Assembly (NCBI GenBank): GCA_963785305.1
Contig: CAWAUV010000007.1
Span: 512,001 to 576,000, forward strand
Direction of reading: 5' to 3'
DNA from: an uncultured Planctomycetaceae bacterium
GTDB taxonomy: Bacteria > Planctomycetota > Planctomycetia > Pirellulales > PALSA-1355
DNA: 64,000 bases
Shown one piece after another: positions 1 through 9,760 of this stretch. Made by a program: the position numbers and the translations under genes. Below the pieces are notes generated by a model. The model was not told the origin of the DNA and did no database searches. It saw nothing but the letters and a program-made list of their open reading frames with translations. Position 1 is the stretch's first letter; every line of letters starts with the position of its first letter.

Positions 1-183
1 CGGCGGTTCGATCCGCACTGGATTCGCCAGCAAACGCTCACGAAAATGTGGCGGCATCGACGCCGGTTTGTCGAAGTCGTGCAAAACATCTTCGATGCCG
101 AACTCGCCGGACGCGATTTCGCCCGCGAATGGCACGAGCGATTTGCCAATAAGATTGGCGCTTGGCGGCCCCTCGCCGCGTGA
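1..183 (+). CDS. 3' end of a gene running in from the left edge (unknown product)
   Basis: Frame 1 is open from base 1 to TGA at 181-183 (RRFDPHWIRQQTLTKMWRHRRRFVEVVQNIFDAELAGRDFAREWHERFANKIGAWRPLAA) with GC-rich third positions. Confidence 0.5.
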   Translation, partial: RRFDPHWIRQQTLTKMWRHRRRFVEVVQNIFDAELAGRDFAREWHERFANKIGAWRPLAA

Positions 184-299
184 CCACCTGCCGTGGGAGA
201 GCACTGCTCGAGCCGCTGGGGCGCCTCGGCGAGAAGACGCCAGGGCGGCGCCATGAAAATAAAGTAAAGCGACCGCCGACTCGCGCAGGAATATCGGCA

Positions 300-1922
300 T
301 TAGCGGCCATAGCGGCGCACGCGATTGACATAGTTGTCGAATTCGCTCTGCTCTTGGCTATCGCGCTCGATATTGCGCTCGATGGTGGCGCGGCGTTTGG
401 CCGGGCCCAGGGCGATGGCCCGTTCGCGGCGCTGCCGCTCTTGATCGGCGCGGACCCATTTTCGAAACGTCGGCAAGCGTTCACGATGCTCGCGATCTTC
501 GCGCGAGATCACATCGGCAAGCGAACTGGAACCGCGTTCGAGGGTCGAGAGTTGCTCGGGATCTACGCGCCGCGCGAGCCGCCGCCGCGAGGCTTTGCGT
601 CGCTGGGTCGACGACGATCAGATATGCGTCGACCACGACCCCCGCCCGCCGCAATTCGGCGACGAGTGGCACGCCGCGATCGATCCACCACACGGCGCCA
701 TCGACCAGATCATTGTGATAAGTGCCCGCCACGGTCGGACCGCCCGCGGTGTTAAACACGAGAAATGCTCCCTCGCGTTTGCCCTCTTCCAGATGCAGCA
801 TGCCGCGTGGCGATTCATGCTCGGTCGTGAGGCCCAGGCCATCGAGCCGAAAGGCTTTGTCGCGTTCGAAATGTTTGTATTGAAACCGGCCTTCGAGATT
901 GTGGGCGGGATCTTTCCAGGGATAGACGTCGGCTCCGGGTCGGGTGAGCGTGGCAAGCACGGAGTCGGGTATTTCCAGATCGCTTGATTGCAACACGCTC
1001 CCGTCGGGCAATGACGCCGACCACGATCGCCCGGCGAAATCGGCGCGTTCCAAGGGCCGCGGCGCCGGTTCGACCCCTGGCGATTTCACTGGAGGCGATG
1101 TCAAATCCGCCGGAGCCGCGGGCAAGGCGGCGGGCGGGGGCACGCTGGCCACGGGTGTTGGCTCGCTAGCGGCGCCGGGCGCCGGCGGCGCGGCGCTGGT
1201 CTTGGCGGGCGCCGGCGGCGCGGCCGAAATTGGCTGCCGCGCGATCGGCAGTGTTTTGGCCGGCGGCGCCACGACGGGTTTCGTTTCGACCGGTTTCGTC
1301 GCCATGCTCTGATTCGCGGCGGTCATCGGCTCGGCCCGAGTCGCATGGGTCCGCGCCTTGATCGGTTCGGCCAGCGGGCGCGGGCTTCGATCGGCCTCGC
1401 AATCGTCGGGGCGTGCTTTTCCGACAGAGCGCCCCGCGATGAGGATCGCAAGAGCAGCCCGCCGCACGCGATCGCAAGGAGAATTGCCGTCACGGCAACT
1501 CGTCGTCCCGTCGAAGCGCTTCGCCAAGACGTGAACCAACGGGCCGGGATCGCCGTTGAATTGCCGGCGGCGGGTTGCTCTTCGATCGTGATTTCCGCGT
1601 TCGATGTCGAACTGCGGCGGGTGAGCGGGGGAGGACCGGAGCGCGGTTTGGCAACGAGCTTCGCGTCGTAGTCGGCCTTGGCCGCGGGGTTGAGCAGCAA
1701 CACGCGGGCAGCCGATAGCTCGTTGAGCATGCGTTGCGATTCGAGGCGTCGCGGGCCAATCGCGAATTGCTTGACGAGCGTCATGCGCCGATCGGCCGCG
1801 GCGGCGATCACGGCCGGGTCGGCTTCGCGCTCCGCCAGATCGAGCAGTCGATACACCGACGCCGGCTGATCGAGGGGCGAGATGCCCAGCCACTCCCAAT
1901 AGGAATCAAAATGCTCGCCCAT
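300..1922 (-). CDS. Planctomycete membrane protein: J-like N-terminal domain, TM helix, Pro/Ala linker, MORN-like region (frameshifted across 3 ORFs)
   Basis: ORFs 1323..1964, 481..1899 and 300..512 overlap sequentially. N-term FDSYWEWLGISPLDQPASVYRLL...NELSAARVLLLNPAAKADYD is a recurrent planctomycete domain; GKREG/GTYHNDLVDG are MORN-like. Confidence 0.6.
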
Positions 1923-2077
1923 GCCGCCCGCGCTCCTTCCGGCAGAAAGTGCCGCACCCATCAACCATACCCGACCCGCCGCTGAAGCGTCAATTTATTG
2001 ACCGCAATCGCGACCATGCGACCATGCGGTTTTTTCATTCCCGGTCGAACGACGACCTGACCGGCCGGTGTCGCGGC

Positions 2078-2626
2078 TCACCAGAGAAGCGGACTGCGCT
2101 TGAACGGTTTCCCGACTTCGGGCGCTTGTTTTTGCTCGATGCCCGCCGCGGGCGTTTTGCCAAAGTTCGGCTGGTGGTAAAGAATCCTGGATGTGGTCAC
2201 GAAAGGAGCGGAATCTCGCACGGTCACGCATACGAGCATACGATGCTTGTCGATCTCGGCGAGCCGCCATTTTTTTGCCGGCGGATGTGGGTTGTCCGAC
2301 CGGAGAACCAGCACGCCGTTTTCCAAAGCGATATCGAACTCGATCGGCTTTTTCAAGGCCGCCGGCCGGGCACACGTGAATTGGCCGTATTTGCAACGAG
2401 CGCCCTTGATTTCGAGGTAATCGCCTTCAAAGAGTCCGACGCCCTCGGGCGCAATGGCCCAGCCACCTTGAATTTCCGCGAGAGTGGCGATGGACTTAAA
2501 ATCAACATCCCGAGCGACTTCATCCTCGGTTTGTTCCTTGGACATTGCGTGGTCGCAAAAGCTCGCGATGCAAAAGCAAATCGCGACCAAGGCAATGCCG
2601 CCATTCAAACAAGACTGTTTCTTCAT
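2078..2626 (-). CDS. hypothetical secreted protein
   Basis: MKKQSC start followed by a hydrophobic signal-like segment and a globular-looking mature part. Confidence 0.55.
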   Translation of the reverse strand: MKKQSCLNGGIALVAICFCIASFCDHAMSKEQTEDEVARDVDFKSIATLAEIQGGWAIAPEGVGLFEGDYLEIKGARCKYGQFTCARPAALKKPIEFDIALENGVLVLRSDNPHPPAKKWRLAEIDKHRMLVCVTVRDSAPFVTTSRILYHQPNFGKTPAAGIEQKQAPEVGKPFKRSPLLW

Positions 2627-2957
2627 TGCTCTGGCCCTCACCGAAGTTCGTGCGTCGCCGGTGCGCGGCTTCTTTAATTTAAGCGTGCCCATTCGACGAA
2701 ACAACCGCCGCATTCGGCGGCGGGGCGCGAACCCATCCACCAGGACCAGGAAATCGAACAATCATTCATCGGGAATATCTTGGCGATCGCGGCTAAAACC
2801 AGCCTCGCTTGCCAGCAAAACCCGCGAAACTTGAAGTTAGGCGTCCCGCCGGCGGCGTGCTCGATATCCGGCGTGCGGCGCGAGCGCCGGCGCGGTATTA
2901 TGATCGCAACCCGGCTATTGCGGGCCGACCCACGAACTTGCCTCCGAGAACTTAAGC

Positions 2958-3725
2958 ATGATGAGCACGCGCCATCTCTTCGCCTTGTTCGCCCTACTGG
3001 CCGCCTCGTCGAGGGCGCCGGCCGCCGAGCTGGCGAAGGTTCCGGAAAAGTCGATTGCCCAGAAGATGGAATTGCTGTTCTCGGATGATTTCGAGTCGGT
3101 CGAGCACCCGAGGGAGTGGCATCGGGTTGTGCCGACGTTTGCATTTGAAAATGGAGTCCTCAAGGGGACGCAAACGCGAGACGTGAACGCGCCGGCGGCG
3201 GATGGCAAGCCGGCCGTTAGGGCCCATGCGGCCGTCGAAGGGCTGGAGATCCCCACCACCAACAGTGTCGTCGAGGCGCGAATCAAGCTCGACGGGGCTT
3301 CGATGGTCGACGTTGAATTCGATGATCGAAAGTATACCGGGGCGCATTACGGTCATATCTGCCGAGCCCAAGTTCGGCTGAACGGCGTCACGATTATCGA
3401 CGAACGCGACGGCAACATGCGCAATGACATTTACGAAATGAAAAATGACCCAGCCCGCAAGGCTGAAGCCGCCAAGCTGATCGCGGGTCGCAGTGTCACC
3501 TACCCGGCGCGGCTCGAACGTGGAGTTTGGTATACCTTGGTGGTTGAGACGATCGGCGATGAAATGCGGGTGACTATCGACGGGCAGCCGGCCGCCTATC
3601 TCAAGAGCTCTGGCATTGCCCACGCTACCAAGTCGAAGATTGAACTCGGGGTCGCCGGCAAAGACGGTCTGTTCGACGACATCAAAGTCTGGAACGCGGA
3701 GCGAGCCGGATCATCGACAAACTGA
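2958..3725 (+). CDS. secreted concanavalin A-like/DUF1080-like beta-sandwich protein
   Basis: Signal peptide; LLFSDDFE start motif, W-Y-T-L-V-V-E...IDGQ and FDDIKVW end motif. Confidence 0.7.
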   Translation: MMSTRHLFALFALLAASSRAPAAELAKVPEKSIAQKMELLFSDDFESVEHPREWHRVVPTFAFENGVLKGTQTRDVNAPAADGKPAVRAHAAVEGLEIPTTNSVVEARIKLDGASMVDVEFDDRKYTGAHYGHICRAQVRLNGVTIIDERDGNMRNDIYEMKNDPARKAEAAKLIAGRSVTYPARLERGVWYTLVVETIGDEMRVTIDGQPAAYLKSSGIAHATKSKIELGVAGKDGLFDDIKVWNAERAGSSTN

Positions 3726-3810
3726 AAGCCTATCCGAAAACTTTGGCGGGCCCTTGCCCTCACGCTACCATCTCCCATGCGGGGCGAGGGGGGAATTGTC
3801 GGGCAGGCTT
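3726..3810 (+). mobile_element. MITE-like element copy 1
   Basis: Ends AAGCCTATCCG...CGGGCAGGCTT are imperfect inverted repeats; internal hairpin; similar to copies at 4033 and 54447. Confidence 0.7.
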
Positions 3811-4032
3811 TCAGTCGTTACTTTGCGAGCCGCGACGCGCTGGGTTCGGCGCTTGGCGAGGTTGAAAACTGCCTCGTTGGCATTTTTCAGCAGGCTGTGA
3901 GAGGGCTCGCCCGCGTTATGTGGGCGGCGTGCCAAACAAAATTCATTGACAATCGCCGTGGAGAACGCGAGACTGCCGGGTGTTGGATCGGGTTGGGCCG
4001 CGCGCGCCAAGGCCATCGCGAATGGGACTTCA

Positions 4033-4109
4033 AAGCCTATTCGAGAACTTCGGCGAGCCCTCGCGCTACCCTCTCCCAAAGGGCGAGGGGGGAATTGTCG
4101 GACAGGCTC
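4033..4109 (+). mobile_element. MITE-like element copy 2
   Basis: AAGCCTATTCG...CGGACAGGCTC flanked by TCA on both sides; internal CCCTCTCCC-AAA-GGGCGAGGG hairpin. Confidence 0.75.
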
Positions 4110-4196
4110 TCAAAGCGCCCGCGGCCGCCCAATGCAATCAATTCATCTCGCGCTAGTCTCTCCCAGCCAAAAATTCCCCAGTTGGAGAAAGCCCTC

Positions 4197-5378
4197 ATGC
4201 CCGCGAATCGAGGCGTCGTTTATGAAGGTCCCGGCAAGGTGAAGGTCTCGTCGATCGACTTCCCCAAGCTCGCGCTCGGCACGCGCAAATGCAACCACGG
4301 CGTGATCCTCAAAGTAGTTTCCACCAATATCTGCGGCAGCGATCAGCACATGGTCCGCGGTCGCACCACGGCTCCGGCCGGGCTCGTGCTCGGACACGAG
4401 ATCACGGGCGAAGTCATTGAATGCGGCGGCGATGTCGAAACGCTCCAGGTGGGCGATCTCGTGAGCGTGCCCTTCAATGTCGCCTGCGGACGTTGCCGCA
4501 CTTGCAAGGAGCAACACACGGGAGTGTGCCTCAATGTGAACGGCGATCGCGCCGGCGGCGCCTATGGCTATGTCGACATGGGCGGCTGGGTCGGCGGGCA
4601 GGCCGAGTATGTCATGGTTCCCTATGCCGACTGGAATCTGCTCAAGTTTCCCGATCGCGATCAGGCCATGGCCAAGATTCGCGACCTTACCTGCTTGAGC
4701 GATATCTTGCCCACCGGCTATCACGGCTGCGTGCGGGCCGGAGTCACCACCGGTTCGACCGTGCTTGTCGCCGGCGCCGGGCCGGTGGGGCTGGCGGCCG
4801 CCGCTTCGGCGCTATTGCTTGGCGCCGCCGTGGTGATCGTGTCGGACTTCAACAAGGAGCGGCTAGCCCAGGCGCGCGGCTTCGGCTGCGAGACGATCGA
4901 CCTTGGGCAAAAGGCGCCGATCAAGGACCACCTACGGCAGATTTTGGGTGTGCCCGAGGTCGACTGCGCGGTCGATTGCGTGGGCTTCGAAGCCATGGGC
5001 CACGGCGGCGTCGAACAGCCGGCGATCGTGCTCAATCAACTCATGGACGTGACCCGAGCCGCCGGCTCGCTGGGAATACCGGGCCTCTACGTGACCGAGG
5101 ACCCGGGCGCCAAGGACGACGCCGCGAAACATGGAAACCTGAGCCTAAGGTTCGGACTCGGCTGGGCCAAGTCGCATTCGTTCTTCACCGGTCAAACCCC
5201 GGTGATGAAATACAACCGCGGGCTCATGATGGCGATCTTGCACGATCGCATTCAGATCGCCAAGGCGGTGAATGTGAAAGTCATCACGCTCGATGAAGCG
5301 CCGGGCGGATATGCGGCCTTCGATTCGGGGGTGGCGACGAAATTCGTGATCGATCCCCACAAGATCCTCGTGGCTTGA
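4197..5378 (+). CDS. fdhA: glutathione-independent formaldehyde dehydrogenase (Zn-dependent MDR family)
   Basis: STNICGSDQHMVRGRT, LGHEITGEV, CGRCRTC...C, LSDILPTGYHG, GIPGLYVTEDPGA and GLGWAKSHSF motifs. Confidence 0.93.
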   Translation: MPANRGVVYEGPGKVKVSSIDFPKLALGTRKCNHGVILKVVSTNICGSDQHMVRGRTTAPAGLVLGHEITGEVIECGGDVETLQVGDLVSVPFNVACGRCRTCKEQHTGVCLNVNGDRAGGAYGYVDMGGWVGGQAEYVMVPYADWNLLKFPDRDQAMAKIRDLTCLSDILPTGYHGCVRAGVTTGSTVLVAGAGPVGLAAAASALLLGAAVVIVSDFNKERLAQARGFGCETIDLGQKAPIKDHLRQILGVPEVDCAVDCVGFEAMGHGGVEQPAIVLNQLMDVTRAAGSLGIPGLYVTEDPGAKDDAAKHGNLSLRFGLGWAKSHSFFTGQTPVMKYNRGLMMAILHDRIQIAKAVNVKVITLDEAPGGYAAFDSGVATKFVIDPHKILVA

Positions 5379-5407
5379 TCCTAGGGGCTTGACGCGGCCG
5401 CGGGCGG

Positions 5408-5901
5408 TCAGTTTCCGAATCCGCGGATGAAAGGATCGTTGGGCTGTCCGTTGGCGCCGCCCGATGGCTCGCGCGACGGAAAGCCGCCTCCATATCCTGG
5501 GCCGCCGTACCCCGCGCCGCCTTGCCACGCCGGGCGCGCGGTCGCCGGTTTCGCGCTCGCGCCGGTTGCGGGAATGTGCCCGCGCTGTTGGCCGCGCCGG
5601 GCGCGACACCGCGATAGCCCGCGGTCACTCGCTGGGGCCCGCCGCCATTGACGGCGGCGGCGCCGGTCGCCGCGCTCAGCGCCGGATGGTATTTGACCCA
5701 CTGGCCGCCTTGATAGTAGGACCACGTGGCATCGGGGTGCTGATACCACCAGCGGCCTTGATGGAAGCGCATTTGCACCGAGATCGGATCCGTGGAACCG
5801 ACCCGTCCGCTCGGTGTCGTGATCGGCCCGGCCAGGGCGGCGCCGCCGAGCGACAATGTCAAGCCGATTGCGATGAGCGAGTGGAACAGCAGGGATCGCA
5901 T
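5408..5901 (-). CDS. small secreted Gly/Trp/Tyr-rich protein (one frameshift)
   Basis: Signal peptide MRSLLFHSLIAIGLTLSLGGAALA; FHQGRWWY...WSYYQGGQW; C-terminus continues in ORF 5408..5749. Confidence 0.6.
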
Positions 5902-5949
5902 AAACGCCCCTCCTTTGTCGAAAATGGGATGCGTGTCCGACAGTAGGAA

Positions 5950-5966
5950 TGCAATGCGCGTGCCAA
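5950..5966 (-). promoter_or_regulatory. sigma-54 (-24/-12) promoter
   Basis: Minus strand reads TTGGCACGCGCATTGCA, matching TGGCACG-N4-TTGCW, about 50 bp upstream of the 5901 start. Confidence 0.7.
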
Positions 5967-6229
5967 TAGCGCCTCGCTCCGTTCTTGCCGAATTTGCGTG
6001 CTGGCGAAGCGATTCGCCGCGTGGCCGGCGCCGGGCCCTCGCGAGAGAGCGCTCCTTGGAGTGGTCAAGCTAGCAGCAGTCTGGTCGTATTTCGTCCGAA
6101 ACCGCGGGCAATCCCAGAGCGCAACCCCCCGCCGATTTCGGCGGCATATTGCGTCATGGACAATCGCGGGCTCTTTCGGCCACAATGTCGCATCGACTCG
6201 AGGTCGCTCGCTTCCCGGTTCGGCTCGCC

Positions 6230-9200
6230 ATGATTTCGCATTTTTTCATCGATCGGCCAATCTTCGCCGCGGTGCTGTCGATCGTGATTACGATCGCCGG
6301 CGGCGTGGCGGTGACGACCCTCCCCATTGCCCAGTATCCCGACGTTACTCCGCCCACGGTGCTCGTGACGGCGCTCTATCCCGGCGCCAATTCTCAAACG
6401 GTGCGCGACACCGTGGCCCAGCCGATCGAGCAGCAGGTCAGCGGCGTCGAGAACATGTTGTACATGTCGAGCCAATGCACCAACGACGGGCTCTACACGC
6501 TCACCATCACCTTCAAGATGGGCATGAACTCCGACATGGCCCAGGTGTTGGTGCAGAACCGGGTGTCGCTCGCCCAGCCGGTGATTCCCGACCTCGTGCA
6601 GCGCGAGGGCATCAATGTCAAAAAGCAGTCGCCCAACACGCTGATGATCGTGAATTTGTTTTCGCCCGACGGCAGCCACGACGATATCTATTTGAGCAAC
6701 TACGCCACGATTCAAATCAAGGACGAGCTCGGCCGCTTGCCGGGAGTGGCCAATATCGGCTATATGGGCCAACGCGACTACAGCTTGCGGGCCTGGCTCG
6801 ACCCGGAGCGAATGGCATCGCTGGGCATCAACGCCAGCGACGTGAGCACGGCGATCAACGAGCAGAACATTCAAGTGGCCGCCGGTCAGATCGGTCAGCA
6901 GCCGGCGCCCGCCGGTCAGGAATTCCAGTACACGATCAACACCCTGGGTCGGCTCGTCACGCCCGAACAGTTCGCCAATATCATTCTCAAAGTGCAAAGC
7001 TCCGGCGGCTCGGGCAGCAGCAGTTCGGGCGGCGCCGGGCCCACGATCACGGCCGCGCCCACGAGCGGGTCGAACATGACCGGATCGACGGCGATCGATC
7101 CGAGCACGACCTTCGGCGGAGCCAGCTCGGATTCGGGTAGCGGCGCTCCGCCCCCGGCCACCGGCTCCACCGGGCAAATGCCGGCAATGCCCACGGTCGC
7201 CGGCGGCGGGGTCTCGTCGGCCGGCGCGGGCTTGGGGGGGTCGACCAGCACCCCGAGCGGCGCGGGATCGGTCGGCATCGGCAGCGCCACCACCGGCAAG
7301 TCCACGACCGGCGTCACCGGAACCACCAGCGCCCAGAGCGTGGCCGGGCCGCCGAGCTTCAGCATTTTGCGGCTGCGCGATATCGCCAGCGTGCAGCTTG
7401 GCTCGCAGCAGTACGATCAATCATGCACGCTCGACGGCAAGCCCTCGGTGGCCCTCACCGTGTATCAGCTTCCCGGCCACAATTCGCTCGAAACCGCCCG
7501 CGGCGTCTATGCCAAGATGGAATCGCTCAAACAGCGCTTTCCCGACGGGCTCGATTACGAGATCGTCTATGACACCACGCCCTTTATTCGCGAATCGGTC
7601 ATCGAGGTGTTCAACACGCTCCGCGACGCCGTGATCTTGGTGGCGATCGTGGTGCTCGTGTTCTTGCAAAACTGGCGGGCCGCGATTATTCCCCTGGTGG
7701 CGGTGCCGGTGGCCGTGGTGGGCACATTCGCCGTGATGGCGGCGATGCGTTTTTCGCTCAACAACCTGTCGCTGTTCGGGCTCGTGCTCGCGATCGGCAT
7801 CGTGGTCGACGACGCGATCGTGGTGGTCGAAAACGTGGAGCGCTGGCTCGAACATGGGCTCAGCCCGCGCGACGCGACTCGCCGAGCGATGGACGAAGTG
7901 ACCGGACCGGTGATCGCGGTGGCCTTGGTGCTCACGGCGGTGTTCGTGCCCTGTGCGTTCATCAGCGGCATCACCGGTCAGTTCTTTCGCCAGTTCGCGG
8001 TCACGATCGCGGCCTCGACTCTGATCTCGGCGTTCAATTCCCTCACGCTCAGCCCGGCGCTGGCCGCGATCTTGCTCCGTCCGCGCGGAGCGAAGCGCGA
8101 CCCAATCGACGCGGCGCTGAATTTCTTGCTCGGCTGGTTTTTCAAACTGTTCAACATGGTGTTCGATCTCGGCAATCGCTCGTACACGTTTCTGGTCGGC
8201 GGCATGCTGCGGGCCAGCGTGCTCGTGTTCGTGGTGTTCGGCGGCCTGCTGGTGGCGACCTATGTCGAATTCGATCGCACGCCCACCGGCTTCATTCCGC
8301 AGCAAGATAAAGGCTACCTGCTGGTGAATGTGCAATTGCCCGACTCGGCGTCGGTTTCGCGCACCCAGGCCGTGGTGCGAGCGATCGAGCGGATCGCCCA
8401 GAAGACCAATGGCGTCGCGCATACGGTGAGCGTGGCGGGGCAGTCGCTCATTCTCAATGTCAACGCGCCCAACCTGGGATCGATCTATGTGATGCTCGCC
8501 GAGTTTCACCAGCGGCCCGGCCTGGGCGCCGACGACATCGCCGCCAGCCTCCGCTCGGAATGCGGCCGTCAGGTGCAAGACGCGCTCGTGACCGTGTTCG
8601 GGGCGCCGCCGATCGACGGGCTCGGCACGACCGGCGGCTTCAAGATGATTGTCGAAGACCGCGGCAACGAAGGACTCGCGGCCTTGCAAACCGTGAGCGA
8701 CGCCATCGTGCGGGTCGGCAACGCCTCGCGCGAACTTACCGGGCTCTTCACCAGTTCGCGGGCCTACACGCCTTGGCTGTATCTAGACATCGATCGGGAA
8801 AAGTGCCTTTCGCTGGGCTTGTCGATGGGCGATGTTTTCAACACGCTCCAGATTTTCCTGGGTTCGTATTATGTCAATAACTTCAACGACTTCGGCCGCT
8901 CCTGGCAAGTCAACATCATGGCCGATCCGCGGTTCCGCGATCATATCGAGGAGATCAAGCTGCTCCGGGTGCGAACCAACCAAGGCTACATGGCGCCGCT
9001 CGGCACGGTGATTCAGGTGCGCGACGCGAGTGGCCCGGCGGCGATCATGCGCTACAATATGTACGCGTCGGCGGCCATCAGCGGCAACCTGGCGCCGGGC
9101 GTGAGCTCGACCGAGGCCATCGCCCGCATGGAAAGCATTGCCCGCGAGAAACTGCCGCGATCGATGTCTTTCGCCTGGACCGAACTCGCGTTCATGCAGC

Positions 9201-9760
9201 AAGAGGCGGGCTCCTCGGCGATGGGCGCGTTTGGCTTGGCGGTGGTGTTCGTGTTTTTGGTGCTCGCCGCCCAGTATGAAAGTTGGAATCTGCCCTTGGC
9301 GGTGATTCTGGTGGTGCCGATGTGCTTGCTGTCGTCGGTCATCGGCATCCGTCTGGCCGGCATGGAGATCAACATTTTCACGCAGATTGGGTTTATCGTG
9401 CTGGTGGGGCTGGCGAGCAAAAACGCGATTCTGATCGTCGAATTCGCCCGGCAAGTACACGCCTCGGGCAAGTCGCGGCGCGAGGCGGCGCTCGAGGCCT
9501 GCCGGCTACGGCTTCGGCCGATCCTGATGACGTCGTTTGCCTTCATCTTGGGCGTGGTTCCCTTGGTGCTGGCCGAGGGCGCTGGCGCCGAGATGCGCCG
9601 CACCCTGGGCATGGCGGCCTTTAGCGGCATGCTCGGGGTGACGATCTTCGGCGTGTTTCTCACTCCCGTGTTTTATTACACGCTACAAGCGGGAACCGAT
9701 TGGTGGACCCGCCGCGGATCGAACTCCGCGGCAAGCGAATCCGGGGAACTGCGAATATGA
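6230..9760 (+). CDS. RND multidrug efflux permease (AcrB/HAE1 family) with a low-complexity insertion
   Basis: FFIDRPIFA, GIVVDDAIVVVENVER, KNAILIVEFA and RLRPILMTS motifs. Confidence 0.95.
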   Translation: MISHFFIDRPIFAAVLSIVITIAGGVAVTTLPIAQYPDVTPPTVLVTALYPGANSQTVRDTVAQPIEQQVSGVENMLYMSSQCTNDGLYTLTITFKMGMNSDMAQVLVQNRVSLAQPVIPDLVQREGINVKKQSPNTLMIVNLFSPDGSHDDIYLSNYATIQIKDELGRLPGVANIGYMGQRDYSLRAWLDPERMASLGINASDVSTAINEQNIQVAAGQIGQQPAPAGQEFQYTINTLGRLVTPEQFANIILKVQSSGGSGSSSSGGAGPTITAAPTSGSNMTGSTAIDPSTTFGGASSDSGSGAPPPATGSTGQMPAMPTVAGGGVSSAGAGLGGSTSTPSGAGSVGIGSATTGKSTTGVTGTTSAQSVAGPPSFSILRLRDIASVQLGSQQYDQSCTLDGKPSVALTVYQLPGHNSLETARGVYAKMESLKQRFPDGLDYEIVYDTTPFIRESVIEVFNTLRDAVILVAIVVLVFLQNWRAAIIPLVAVPVAVVGTFAVMAAMRFSLNNLSLFGLVLAIGIVVDDAIVVVENVERWLEHGLSPRDATRRAMDEVTGPVIAVALVLTAVFVPCAFISGITGQFFRQFAVTIAASTLISAFNSLTLSPALAAILLRPRGAKRDPIDAALNFLLGWFFKLFNMVFDLGNRSYTFLVGGMLRASVLVFVVFGGLLVATYVEFDRTPTGFIPQQDKGYLLVNVQLPDSASVSRTQAVVRAIERIAQKTNGVAHTVSVAGQSLILNVNAPNLGSIYVMLAEFHQRPGLGADDIAASLRSECGRQVQDALVTVFGAPPIDGLGTTGGFKMIVEDRGNEGLAALQTVSDAIVRVGNASRELTGLFTSSRAYTPWLYLDIDREKCLSLGLSMGDVFNTLQIFLGSYYVNNFNDFGRSWQVNIMADPRFRDHIEEIKLLRVRTNQGYMAPLGTVIQVRDASGPAAIMRYNMYASAAISGNLAPGVSSTEAIARMESIAREKLPRSMSFAWTELAFMQQEAGSSAMGAFGLAVVFVFLVLAAQYESWNLPLAVILVVPMCLLSSVIGIRLAGMEINIFTQIGFIVLVGLASKNAILIVEFARQVHASGKSRREAALEACRLRLRPILMTSFAFILGVVPLVLAEGAGAEMRRTLGMAAFSGMLGVTIFGVFLTPVFYYTLQAGTDWWTRRGSNSAASESGELRI

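Noticed and set aside
3777..4196. 140 aa N-terminal extension of the fdhA ORF
   Set aside because: Runs through the MITE copies; the FdhA-like sequence begins at ATG 4197 after a GGAGA Shine-Dalgarno-like site
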